Part shown: piece after piece, positions 42,068 through 51,808 of the stretch
Position numbering within the stretch: position 1 is the first letter of the stretch
Layout of the letters: every line of letters begins with the position of its first letter
NCBI GenBank assembly: GCA_021740625.1
Contig: JAIOZK010000008.1
Location: 27,627-91,626 of the forward strand
Direction of reading: 5' to 3'
Length of the DNA: 64,000 nt
Source: Bacteroidales bacterium
Lineage (GTDB): Bacteria; Bacteroidota; Bacteroidia; Bacteroidales; JAIOZK01
Program-made: the position numbers and the translations under genes
The notes under the pieces: generated by a model
Database searches by the model: none
What the model was told of the DNA's origin: nothing
Seen by the model: only the letters and a program-made list of their open reading frames with translations

Positions 42068-44290
42068 ATGAAAAACTTCATTCAAACCCACCTGCTCCTG
42101 ATCGCCATCATTGCAGGTTTTCAAGCATTTTCACAGCAAGGTGAAACAAACGAAGACAAAGTCTTATCCCCCTATTTCCTGGTAAAAAGCGATGATCCGG
42201 ATACCGACCGGCTTCCGCTCAAACATACCTCTGCCGAGGTGAACATTGCCGGGATGATCGCCGATGTTACCATCCACCAGGTATACGCCAATGAAGGCAA
42301 AAATGCACTGGAAGCCATTTACACATTTCCCGCCTCTGCCAATGCAGCCGTTTATGCCATGGAAATGAAGGTAGGCGAAAGAATAATCAGGGCTAAAATA
42401 GAAGAAAAGCAAAAGGCAAGAGAAGATTATGAAAAAGCTAAGAATCAAGGGAAAAGGACTTCCCTGCTGGAACAATCCAGGCCCAATGTCTTTCAAATGA
42501 ACGTGGCCAACATCATGCCCGGGGATGCGATCAAGGTCAGCCTCCGTTATACCGAGATGCTGGTCCCCGAAAAGGGCATTTATAGCTTTGTATACCCTAC
42601 TGTCGTCGGCCCGAGATATTCCACTGAAAAGCAGAACGACGACAATCAAAACAGTTATATCAATACACCCTACCTGCATGAAGGGGAAGATGCCACCTAT
42701 GATTTCGATATCGAGGTCTTCCTGAATGCAGGCATGCCCATACAGAATATCGATTGCAAAAGCCATGAGGTGGTCACGCATTATCCGGCCCTCGATCAGG
42801 TAAAAATTAACCTGGATCCCACTGAGAACAAAGGAGGCAACCGGGATTTTGTCCTGGAGTACCAGCTGGCAGGCGAAGAGATCTCTTCCGGAATGATGCT
42901 CTACGAACACGAGGACGAAAATTTCTTTTTGATGATGGTGCAGCCGCCCAAAAGGATAGAAAATGAAGATATTCCCCCAAGGGAATACATTTTCATCAAT
43001 GATGTTTCCGGCTCCATGAACGGCTATCCCATGGATGTATCCAAAAAGATCATGCGCAACCTGGTGAGCAATCTCCGGCCGGTGGACAGGTTCAACGTGC
43101 TGGTTTTTGCCGGCAATTCCGGCTGGTGGTCCGATCAGTCGAGACCGGCCACACGGGAGAACATCAGCAAAGCAATCAATTTTATCGATTACCAGCGGGG
43201 CAGTGGGGGTACTGAAATTCTTCATGCACTCCGCAAGGCCATGAGCTTCCCCAGAGAATTCGAAGAACTGTCGCGTACATTTGTCATTTTCACCGACGGA
43301 TATATAAGCGTGGAAAAGGAAGCCTTCGACCTCATCCGCAACAACAGCGACCTGGCCAATACTTTCGTTTTCGGTATCGGCAGTTCTGTGAACCGTTACC
43401 TGATCGAAGGCATGGCGCATGTCGGGATGGGCGAGCCCTTCATCGTCCTCAATAAAGAGGAAACCAATGAAAAAGCGGAACGCTTCCGGGAATACATCAG
43501 CAACCCGGTTCTGACGCAGATCAAGATGGATGCTTCGGGATTCGATGTTTATGATGTTGAGCCCTTCAGCATCCCCGATGTGTTTGCAGAAAGGCCTATT
43601 ATCATATTTGGCAAGTACAGGGGAAAACCTGAAGGGAGCATCACCCTGAAAGGATATTCGGGACGAAAACGCTGGAAGACCAGGATTGATGTATCAGAAA
43701 GCAAAGCAGATGAAAAGAATGTTGCTTTGCGCTACCTCTGGTCCCGCAAACGCATTCAGCTCATCGACGATTATGCCAGGGTGGATCACCAAAACGATAC
43801 AAAGGAAGAAACAACGCAGCTTGGATTGAAATATAATCTTCTGACAAAATACACATCATTCATCGCCATTGAAGAAGCCCGGACCAACGATGGAGAGATC
43901 AAAACCGTAAAACAAGCCCTTCCTTTGCCACAAAATGTATCAGATTATGCCGTAGGTTTTGAAATGGCCATGTGTAAAATCAGTCCCCGCAAGATCATCC
44001 TGTACAGACAGGTTCATGTTATCACATCCATGGATGCTGCCAGAAAGATCAAAATCAGGAAACAAATCGAGAACAAATACATGGCGAGCCTGAACAACTG
44101 CCTGATGATGCCGCATGATATAGAATCATTCACCATAACGGTGAATCAGGACGGCAAGGTGGCCGGAGTCACCTTTAAAGGTGGGATCAAGGCCAAAGCC
44201 GTCAGAAAATGCATACGTGAAATCGTCAGCAAATGGAACTTCAGCAATTTTTCTTCCGCCGGCGGATTTGAATTGCAAGTGAAATTATAA
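42068..44290 (+). CDS. Secreted VIT + VWA domain protein (inter-alpha-trypsin inhibitor heavy chain-like)
   Basis: Signal peptide; VIT 'LEAIYTFP..A.AAV'; MIDAS DVSGSM, GGTE, FTDG. Confidence 0.9.
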   Translation: MKNFIQTHLLLIAIIAGFQAFSQQGETNEDKVLSPYFLVKSDDPDTDRLPLKHTSAEVNIAGMIADVTIHQVYANEGKNALEAIYTFPASANAAVYAMEMKVGERIIRAKIEEKQKAREDYEKAKNQGKRTSLLEQSRPNVFQMNVANIMPGDAIKVSLRYTEMLVPEKGIYSFVYPTVVGPRYSTEKQNDDNQNSYINTPYLHEGEDATYDFDIEVFLNAGMPIQNIDCKSHEVVTHYPALDQVKINLDPTENKGGNRDFVLEYQLAGEEISSGMMLYEHEDENFFLMMVQPPKRIENEDIPPREYIFINDVSGSMNGYPMDVSKKIMRNLVSNLRPVDRFNVLVFAGNSGWWSDQSRPATRENISKAINFIDYQRGSGGTEILHALRKAMSFPREFEELSRTFVIFTDGYISVEKEAFDLIRNNSDLANTFVFGIGSSVNRYLIEGMAHVGMGEPFIVLNKEETNEKAERFREYISNPVLTQIKMDASGFDVYDVEPFSIPDVFAERPIIIFGKYRGKPEGSITLKGYSGRKRWKTRIDVSESKADEKNVALRYLWSRKRIQLIDDYARVDHQNDTKEETTQLGLKYNLLTKYTSFIAIEEARTNDGEIKTVKQALPLPQNVSDYAVGFEMAMCKISPRKIILYRQVHVITSMDAARKIKIRKQIENKYMASLNNCLMMPHDIESFTITVNQDGKVAGVTFKGGIKAKAVRKCIREIVSKWNFSNFSSAGGFELQVKL

Positions 44291-44303
44291 AACCCTGCAC
44301 AGC

Positions 44304-45359
44304 ATGAAACGAAAGAGCATCCGGCAAAATATTTTGGGTATTAACATGATTCTGCCATGGATGATGGTTTTGATGTTTCCTGTTCCGTTGCGAACGGAAA
44401 TATCAAAACCATTTCACGCTACCCCATCCCAGCGACAAAACATTACTTTCATCCTTGGTGAGGACCAAGGTTTAAAGAACCCTTTTTACAGCAAAGCAGA
44501 GCAATACTACCGCATGGATGAAAAAGAAAAAACCGAATTTGTGATAACATCCTGCAGATCTCTGGCTGAAGTGCAGGAATATCTACTCAGGCATGTTCCC
44601 AGAGATCAGCCGTGGGGCCTGATCAATCTGGTTTCCCATGGCAATCCTTACCAGGGTTTGCGCGCGAAAGTAACACTCAATGGAAAAAGAGCAAGCCCGG
44701 AAAGTATTTTTGAAGGTGTAACAACAGGCAAGCTGAAAAAGATGTCTTCCCGGATCGTTGATAATACGACCCGGATCGTCCTGCATGCCTGCGGCCTTGG
44801 CTACAATCGTGAGCTGACAGAAGCCGTGCAAGCAGCTTTTTCCGGGCCTGTAGATACCCCGATTGTAAAAAGCAGCAAATATTTTGAATACTATGTTGGT
44901 GATGCGCATGCTGAAAGCAATATCCGAAAATTCATGGCTGATTACTGGTTCATCTCTTACAAGATGGGATACAGGCCTTCCGACAGGATCATTTCCAGGA
45001 TGTTCAGGTACAAATACCCCGGGCAGAAAATCAACTGGCGTGAAGCGCTGTTAAAGGAAAGAGCGAACAAGGCAGGTGAAGTTTTTCATTACACCTTTGA
45101 TGTTCCCGTAAAATGGGTTTTTCCTTACAGTTCCCGCGATTCGGTACCTGACCTGAGAAGCCAGCGGGAATGCCTGGAGTGGGTGAACCGGAACAGCCGA
45201 ATACTTCAGGATCTAAAAACTTTGGATATACCCCCGGAAAAATTCAACTGGTGGATGCGTCGGATTTACCTCAGGAATGATGATGGCTCAAGCACCCCTG
45301 CCCTTTGGGTTAAGGGATACAGCACGATACTGTGTGTACTGAAATTGCTACCGGCATAG
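44304..45359 (+). CDS. Hypothetical exported protein with possible clan CD cysteine-peptidase dyad
   Basis: N-terminal hydrophobic segment; LVSHG and VLHAC motifs. Confidence 0.6.
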   Translation: MKRKSIRQNILGINMILPWMMVLMFPVPLRTEISKPFHATPSQRQNITFILGEDQGLKNPFYSKAEQYYRMDEKEKTEFVITSCRSLAEVQEYLLRHVPRDQPWGLINLVSHGNPYQGLRAKVTLNGKRASPESIFEGVTTGKLKKMSSRIVDNTTRIVLHACGLGYNRELTEAVQAAFSGPVDTPIVKSSKYFEYYVGDAHAESNIRKFMADYWFISYKMGYRPSDRIISRMFRYKYPGQKINWREALLKERANKAGEVFHYTFDVPVKWVFPYSSRDSVPDLRSQRECLEWVNRNSRILQDLKTLDIPPEKFNWWMRRIYLRNDDGSSTPALWVKGYSTILCVLKLLPA

Positions 45360-45617
45360 CATCCTTTGTGAAACTCTAATAATAAAGACTTTCCAAAATA
45401 TCTAAGGTATTTACCTTAGTTAAATACGTTGATTGCCTGATTGCTTTCCGCTTTTGCATATTGTACTTTTATTCCGTTGATCTTCAAAGCTCAGAACTTA
45501 AAAGAAATTATTGCAGGGTTTCTTCAATCCATAAGTTTTGAGCTTGATCAACGCAAAAAACGGATGAGGCCCTGCTTTTTTCGTTAAAGAAATGATGTTA
45601 TACCAAAACCAAAAAAG

Positions 45618-47237
45618 ATGAAAAATTTAGTTTTATTATTAAGTCTGTTGCTCTGCTGCATTTTTTCAAATATCTATGCAGGAGGTGAAAAACTCTGGAC
45701 ACAGGAATATCCCAAAGAGATCAACTGGATGATGGTCAGCGATGCCGGCATCCTGATCCTCGGTACGGATGAAGCCCTGTATGGGGTCAATCCCGAAACG
45801 GGCGAAGAGCTCTGGAAACGGGAAGATCAGAAAAAGATCGACAGGGAATACGTGGAGGTGATCGATGTAACGCCGGTGATCCTGGTCACACGCAAAGGAC
45901 TGCGCAATGAGGCAGTCGCCATCAACACCCTGACGGGGGAAGCGATCTTCAGCACCAAGGATTACAACTTCATGCCCATGCACGGAGCCATGCCGGTATA
46001 CGATAATCTGACATTCCTGTTGGCAGGCGTGGAAGGAAAAAGCCGGAGTACCTTTTACAACGTGGATATGGCTACCGGTGAAGTGAACTGGAAACAGGAC
46101 GAATGGCTTGGTCCCAAATCCGGCGATCCGCAACTGGTGGCCCTCAACCAGGAGAAAACATTCTCCAAAGTCGGTTTAATCGGTAATCAATACGTGGTTT
46201 TCGATACGGACAATACCTTTTTTGCCCACCTGGCCAAAGATCATCTGGCAAAATACAATATGAATACCGGTGAGATGATCTGGCAGGCCAATTTCAAGGA
46301 TTACAAGATTAAACCCAAACCGGAGGGTGCAAGCTCCCTTGCTTACGGATATGCACAAATGAGGTACAATGAAGCCAACAATACCCTCTATGTTCCCATA
46401 TCAAACTCACTGGTGGCTTTGAATGCTGATGACGGTAGCTTTGTGTGGGGTGAAAAACCCGAAGACCTGAAAGGTAAAGTTTCCAATATGGAATTCATCG
46501 ATGAGGGAATACTCGTGAAAACCACCGGGGAAAAGCCCATTATTACATTGCTGGACTACAACACGGGAGAACCCCTCTGGGATAAAGAGTTCAAGAAATT
46601 CCAGGACAATGGCGTGGTACTGTTCGAAGAGGACAAGATCCTGCTGCTGACCGGCAACGATCTTTATGAGATCAAACCTGTAAATGGAGAATATGAAAGG
46701 GTGGCCAAAAATATCAAATTCAAAGGAGAAGATCCCATGATGATGTCTATTGTTGAGGACGTGCTTGTATTTACAGCCAATCAGAACATCATGGGCATGG
46801 ACCCGGATACCTACGAAGTGATTTACCAGGAATATTATGCAGCCCCCGGCCTGGGTGCGCTGGAGATCGTAGGCCGGGCTCTGGCAGCAGCCGCGGCAAA
46901 TGCCATGAGTTATGCTTCTGCCCGTCATGCTGCCATGAGTGGCGGCGCCAATTATGATCCCATCTCCAATACATTTGAATATGATGTGGTGAGCGCAAAC
47001 CTCGGCCAGCGTTTCAGCAAATCCCTTGAAACCAACAAATATCATTATGTAAATACCAAGGAATGTGTTGTGGAGGGTAATAAAGACAAAGGGGTTATCT
47101 GTATCAATAAATTAACCGGTGAAATTGACGGTGCTGTGATCCTGGAAGACCGTAAACCGGAATATGAAGTGGATCAGGTGAGCAACCTGCTCTTCTTCAA
47201 ATCGGGAAAAAAGGAAGTGACCTGCTACAAACTGTAA
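45618..47237 (+). CDS. PQQ-like (BamB-type) beta-propeller repeat protein
   Basis: Signal peptide; repeated 'TGE.LW' blade motifs. Confidence 0.8.
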   Translation: MKNLVLLLSLLLCCIFSNIYAGGEKLWTQEYPKEINWMMVSDAGILILGTDEALYGVNPETGEELWKREDQKKIDREYVEVIDVTPVILVTRKGLRNEAVAINTLTGEAIFSTKDYNFMPMHGAMPVYDNLTFLLAGVEGKSRSTFYNVDMATGEVNWKQDEWLGPKSGDPQLVALNQEKTFSKVGLIGNQYVVFDTDNTFFAHLAKDHLAKYNMNTGEMIWQANFKDYKIKPKPEGASSLAYGYAQMRYNEANNTLYVPISNSLVALNADDGSFVWGEKPEDLKGKVSNMEFIDEGILVKTTGEKPIITLLDYNTGEPLWDKEFKKFQDNGVVLFEEDKILLLTGNDLYEIKPVNGEYERVAKNIKFKGEDPMMMSIVEDVLVFTANQNIMGMDPDTYEVIYQEYYAAPGLGALEIVGRALAAAAANAMSYASARHAAMSGGANYDPISNTFEYDVVSANLGQRFSKSLETNKYHYVNTKECVVEGNKDKGVICINKLTGEIDGAVILEDRKPEYEVDQVSNLLFFKSGKKEVTCYKL

Positions 47238-47286
47238 TATCCGACCCAAAATGATGCCTTGGTCTGTTCCTGATTGAGGTGAAGGC

Positions 47287-47314
47287 AACCCCCGGTATTT
47301 TCCGGGGGTTTTTT
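47287..47314 (+). terminator. Rho-independent terminator
   Basis: aacccccgg-tatttt-ccgggggtt perfect 9-bp stem followed by T run. Confidence 0.85.
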
Positions 47315-47379
47315 GCTTAAAATGTCCATGTTTTGCCAAAGTTTCAGCCAGAGCAAATTTCTTATTGTAAATGGAAAAA

Positions 47380-48288
47380 CTACCACTTCTCCCCTTCTCC
47401 TGGCTGTTTTGGCTTTTGAATCACAAAGGTCCGGTTGATGTTAAACCCGAAATGTATATCACCTTTGCCCCAACTGCCGGTGGTTTCGGCAATGAAATAT
47501 TCTTCGATCATCCCGGCCGAGTTGCTGAAGAAAAGCTGGAAAACATGTCCGCCGGTTTCAATATCCAAACTCAAGGACAATGAGTTTTTGTATTGATCGG
47601 CTGTTTCTCCTGGTAAGAGATAAAAGTATTCCGCATTGATCGACATGCGCTGGGTGATCTTGAAACGGCCACCCGCCCCAAGGGCAAATACATCATGCTG
47701 GTCTTCTTTTGCAGGCACCAGATTGCGATGGATATAGGTTGGTGTGAGCTGCAGCGACAGGCTGTTGCTGAATTTCCGGGCGATCAGCAACTGGTGGGCG
47801 TATTGCATGCGGGAGGAAAAGAAATTGTTGCGTTCGGGATCGGTCCACCTCAACCCGTTGATAATGGTATTGCCGAAATAAGAAAGGCTGAAAGGCATGT
47901 TGCGGGCACCGGAGCTCTGTCGCAGGATCTTGTATTTGACAAATCCGTCAACGGTTTTTTTGAGTGAGCTTCTGCCGATGCCCATGGTCAGTCGTTCGGT
48001 AATCCCATATTCCAGTCCAAGATGTATGGTCGCCTGGTCCAGGCCGAAAAACTCGTAAGAGCCTGAGTTCAGCCTGCCAAATTGGTGGCTCACAATGAAC
48101 AGGAGGTTTCCTTTTGCAGGATTCTCAACAGATTGACCTTTGATGATGCGGGTTGCTTTAAAAGTAGCATAGGTATATTCAATGGTCTCCTCATCGTCTT
48201 CAAGCAGGCCCATCAGGTCGTCCTGTGCATGAACAGGATATACCAAGAACATCAGCAGGATTACGATTATGTATTGATTCTTTTTCAT
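47380..48288 (-). CDS. DUF5777-like outer-membrane beta-barrel
   Basis: Signal peptide; TFKATRII..QSVE, SHQFG, ETGGHVFQLFFSN, FGFNINRTF. Confidence 0.85.
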   Translation of the reverse strand: MKKNQYIIVILLMFLVYPVHAQDDLMGLLEDDEETIEYTYATFKATRIIKGQSVENPAKGNLLFIVSHQFGRLNSGSYEFFGLDQATIHLGLEYGITERLTMGIGRSSLKKTVDGFVKYKILRQSSGARNMPFSLSYFGNTIINGLRWTDPERNNFFSSRMQYAHQLLIARKFSNSLSLQLTPTYIHRNLVPAKEDQHDVFALGAGGRFKITQRMSINAEYFYLLPGETADQYKNSLSLSLDIETGGHVFQLFFSNSAGMIEEYFIAETTGSWGKGDIHFGFNINRTFVIQKPKQPGEGEKW

Positions 48289-48313
48289 GTTAAATTATTT
48301 ATTTAATATGCAT

Positions 48314-48364
48314 CTTTGTGTGCTTTTTGCCACCAAGGCACCAAGGCACAAAGTACACACAAAG
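48314..48364. repeat. Inverted repeat with cacaaag/caccaagg tandem units
   Basis: ctttgtgtg / cacacaaag arms enclosing caccaagg-caccaagg-cacaaag. Confidence 0.65.
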
Positions 48365-48368
48365 TTTT

Positions 48369-48743
48369 TTAATTGTTTGGTTTTCCTTCTTCTATCCAGA
48401 TCTTTAATTTTTTGATTGTACAATCATCAAGTTTTTGACCCGGAGGCATGAGCTGGGGATCACCCACCGGTTTCGAGATCCTTTCATACATTTTTTCCGC
48501 AGCCGCACTGATCTGATCATAGGTTTCCAGGTTCAGGTTTCCAGAGGGCGTAGCTCCGCTGTGGCAGCTCTGGCAAAAATTATCCGCCATGCTCAGGATA
48601 TCCCCCGAAAAGGTAATCTCTGTTGTGTCGCATATCTGTCCTGTAGGATATAACTCTTCTTCATTGTCATAATAACAGGAGGTCATCATTCCTCCAACCA
48701 TCATCAGCAATAAAATCAATTGAAATAATTTCCTCATCCTCAA
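48369..48743 (-). CDS. Monoheme cytochrome c lipoprotein
   Basis: Lipobox MTSC; CDT...CQSCH...MPP...C...WIEEG.PNN. Confidence 0.85.
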   Translation of the reverse strand: MRMRKLFQLILLLMMVGGMMTSCYYDNEEELYPTGQICDTTEITFSGDILSMADNFCQSCHSGATPSGNLNLETYDQISAAAEKMYERISKPVGDPQLMPPGQKLDDCTIKKLKIWIEEGKPNN

Positions 48744-48768
48744 ATTATTATTTGTTAATTATTGTTTG

Positions 48769-50031
48769 TTAATTATTCGGCATTCCTTCTTCAATCCAAA
48801 TCTCAACAGCTCTCCGGTCGCACACGGACCACTGGTTTCCATTCCGGGGCATGTTGGCATAGCCGGCTTCCCAGTTCAAAGCACCCATTAACTGGCCTGT
48901 TTCTGCCACGGCCACCAGGTCGGCATGGTTTTCAAGCGGAATTCCTCCTGAAGGATTCCCTCCGCTGTGACAGCCGAAGCATGAGTTCTGGACCATGGGC
49001 CAGACGGTTCCGCCAAAAGTCACATTCACCGTATCGCAATCTTCATCACAATGTAAATCCTGGGCTCCCTGTGCGATCCATTTATACACCATATTGATCT
49101 GTTCCTGTGTTAATGGGTTGTTGGGTGGTGGGGGCATGCGTTTGTCGGGATCGGTTTCGATCAATACTTCATACAGGTCACTGCCTTCGGGATCAAAAGG
49201 ATCTACATCTGCGGTAGCCATGACTGAGGCATAATCTGTTAACTGTACACCATCTTCCTGAGTTATATCATCATGGCAATTGGCCAGGGCGCAACTGGAT
49301 TGCAGCACAGGTAAAAGATCTTTCTCGAAATAAATCGTATCCGGGTGACAGGGATCACCCCCGGGCGGATTGTTGAAGGACGTATCGTTTACCCATTTCT
49401 CGATCTGTGCAATGGAACAGCTATCGAGTTTGCTTCCGTTCTGTGGCATTGGAACGTAACCGGGTTCATGTTTGATCACCCCGAGCAGGGCGCCGTTCTG
49501 GGCCAGTGTTGCCACCTGGCTGTAATCACTCAGGTCTATTCCTGCTTCAGGATTCTGTCCGCTGTGACATTCAAAGCATTTGGCCTGCAATATGGGTTGT
49601 ACCGTACCCGGAAATGTAAGGTTGCTGGTATCGCATTCAATTTCTTCAAAGGTGGTATCATTGATCCAGATCTCGATGGTCCTGATCTCACAGACATTAA
49701 GTGGCTGCTGGTCTTTCGGCATGGGGTAATAGCCTTCAAGCCGTTTCAGTGCACCCAGCAAGGTGCCATTCTGTGCGATGGCGGCTACATCACTGTAATT
49801 GGTCAGGTCGATACCATAATCGGGATTGGGGCCGCTGTGGCACGACAGGCAATGATTTTCAAATATGGGATAAACAGAACCCTTATAGCTTACGTTGATG
49901 GTATCACATGTGCCAGGTTCGTTCCCATTATTATCATCCGGCATAAAATCCTGCGGTTCATGCTCACAGGCAATGAGAAACAGTATCCCTGCAGCGAGGT
50001 AAAAAAGTTTGCGATTCGATCGTGATTTCAT
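48769..50031 (-). CDS. Lipoprotein with four tandem monoheme cytochrome c modules
   Basis: Lipobox LIAC; CLSCH, CFECH, CALANCH, CFGCH, each followed by an MP motif. Confidence 0.88.
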   Translation of the reverse strand: MKSRSNRKLFYLAAGILFLIACEHEPQDFMPDDNNGNEPGTCDTINVSYKGSVYPIFENHCLSCHSGPNPDYGIDLTNYSDVAAIAQNGTLLGALKRLEGYYPMPKDQQPLNVCEIRTIEIWINDTTFEEIECDTSNLTFPGTVQPILQAKCFECHSGQNPEAGIDLSDYSQVATLAQNGALLGVIKHEPGYVPMPQNGSKLDSCSIAQIEKWVNDTSFNNPPGGDPCHPDTIYFEKDLLPVLQSSCALANCHDDITQEDGVQLTDYASVMATADVDPFDPEGSDLYEVLIETDPDKRMPPPPNNPLTQEQINMVYKWIAQGAQDLHCDEDCDTVNVTFGGTVWPMVQNSCFGCHSGGNPSGGIPLENHADLVAVAETGQLMGALNWEAGYANMPRNGNQWSVCDRRAVEIWIEEGMPNN

Positions 50032-50225
50032 ATGATTGATTCTTGATTTTTCCGACTTGCTCAGGATCACAAATCTAGATATTTAAATGTATTTAAGTGA
50101 CGGTTTTTCTTCTGAATAAGGATTTTTTCAAGATCAACCCGAAAAAATTCTGACAAAATTTATATAATAAATTTGGTTAGCTAACTAACGTTTGTTAGTT
50201 TTGCATCAAATTTTGAAATAAACAC

Positions 50226-50822
50226 ATGAACAACAGGGATAAGATATTGCATGAATCCATTAAGCTGATCGGGGAACATGGCTTTGATGCTGTTTCCATC
50301 CGGCAGATCACAAGGACGGTCGGGATCAGGGAAAGTTCTTTTTACAATCATTTTTCGAGCAAAGAAGGTCTGTTGCTGGAGATATTCACACAGATGCAGA
50401 AGGATCTGGAAGCACACCGCCCTTCACAGGAAGAAATCACAAAACTCACGAGCAAAATGGACCTCAAGGAATTTCTTGATTACAGGTTGAAACTCTTTCT
50501 GGAAGGATGGTCGAATGAAATGGCCCGTTTGCTCTGGTACGTGGTTTCACAGCAACAATATAAGAACAAACAGGCAGCCGGTCTCATTGTCGAGGAAACT
50601 GAAAAATCAATACGCATGTTCGAAACTGCTTTCCGTACCCTGATGGGCAGCGGCAAAATGAAAAAAGGCAATCCTGCCTACCTGGCCATGTTGTATGGAT
50701 TCTCTGTACGTGCCATTCACCTGGACTATACCTATCGTCAGTTTACTGAAGGTATTGAAGAAGTGGATTTTAAACGCATGTATCAATTGAAAGAAAAATT
50801 TGCAGAAGAACATTCAATTTAA
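50226..50822 (+). CDS. TetR/AcrR family transcriptional regulator
   Basis: GFDAVSIRQI...VGIRESSFYNHFSSKE HTH. Confidence 0.92.
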   Translation: MNNRDKILHESIKLIGEHGFDAVSIRQITRTVGIRESSFYNHFSSKEGLLLEIFTQMQKDLEAHRPSQEEITKLTSKMDLKEFLDYRLKLFLEGWSNEMARLLWYVVSQQQYKNKQAAGLIVEETEKSIRMFETAFRTLMGSGKMKKGNPAYLAMLYGFSVRAIHLDYTYRQFTEGIEEVDFKRMYQLKEKFAEEHSI

Positions 50823-50840
50823 TAACCAAAAACAAGAACT

Positions 50841-51284
50841 ATGATAACGAAAGAAACAAACATGAAAAAGCTGAAATCAATGATGATCATGCTGGCAATC
50901 CTGCAGACCTTTAATGGACTGAGCGGCCTGGCAGGAGGATTCGGCCTGATAAACGATCCCAGTGGTGTGGCACTTGCCATGAAACTCGAATGGCTTCAAT
51001 CTACACCTTTTCAATCTTATCTGATACCGGGACTAGTGTTATTTACCCTTAATGGCATTGGGAATATTATTGGTCTGGTATTGAGTTTGAAAAAACATCC
51101 CCGTTCGGGTCAGTATGCCGGACTTTTCGGCGCTGTTATGATGATCTGGATCATCGCCCAGGTTTCCTGGTTGGGATACCTGAGTTTTCTGCAACCTCTA
51201 TATTTCTCCACGGGATTATTGCAGCTTGTGATGGGTATAGCCCTGGATAGAGCACACAAAAAGAATTACACTGCAGTTTCATGA
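50841..51284 (+). CDS. Four-TM membrane protein (unknown function)
   Basis: Four hydrophobic segments; 'PFQSYLIPGLVLF' motif. Confidence 0.7.
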   Translation: MITKETNMKKLKSMMIMLAILQTFNGLSGLAGGFGLINDPSGVALAMKLEWLQSTPFQSYLIPGLVLFTLNGIGNIIGLVLSLKKHPRSGQYAGLFGAVMMIWIIAQVSWLGYLSFLQPLYFSTGLLQLVMGIALDRAHKKNYTAVS

Positions 51285-51667
51285 AAAACATAAAGATCAG
51301 CAGAAGAGAACAGCAAGGAGTATATGTGCTGGAAAAACTGGGATGGAAATTCCACCACATGGGCATCCCGACAAGCAAACCCATGAAAAATGAACGCTAC
51401 ATACCCCATCTGAAAATGTATGTTTCCGGCTTTGAAAGCAATCCCTATGGAATAGAATGGATGCGCTTTGAAGAAGATTGTCCACTGCCGGATATCATCA
51501 AAGAAGTCCCGCATCCGGCTTTCGAGCTTGAAAACCTGGATGCTGTTCTTTCCGAATTTGATTTTGATATTTTGGTGGAGCCCAATGCGCCCTCTGAGGC
51601 GGTCAGGGTTGCAATGATTTTACACAATGGAGCGCCGGTGGAGTTGATGGAGTTCTCGAAAAAGTAA
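51281..51667 (+). CDS. VOC/glyoxalase-like protein
   Basis: FHHMGIP, IEWMRF, PHPAFEL, APVELMEF. Confidence 0.65.
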   Translation: MKNIKISRREQQGVYVLEKLGWKFHHMGIPTSKPMKNERYIPHLKMYVSGFESNPYGIEWMRFEEDCPLPDIIKEVPHPAFELENLDAVLSEFDFDILVEPNAPSEAVRVAMILHNGAPVELMEFSKK

Positions 51668-51670
51668 AGT

Positions 51671-51805
51671 TGGAAATTACAGATTACAGATTCCAAAAAG
51701 CCCATGCTAACTACATTATTAATTATATCAATTGATACCTTAGAGCCTGGATCTTGAAAACATGCCAATTATCTGATATTTGGAATCTGGAATCAGGAAT
51801 TCCCA
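51671..51805. repeat. Inverted repeat with 7-nt periodicity between convergent genes
   Basis: 51671-51696 vs reverse complement of 51780-51805: 22/26 identical by manual alignment. Confidence 0.75.
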
Positions 51806-51808
51806 GGA

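Noticed and set aside
42164-43420. 418-aa antisense ORF and many other long overlapping ORFs in the track
   Set aside because: Shadow frames of well-supported genes on the opposite strand, with no motifs of their own
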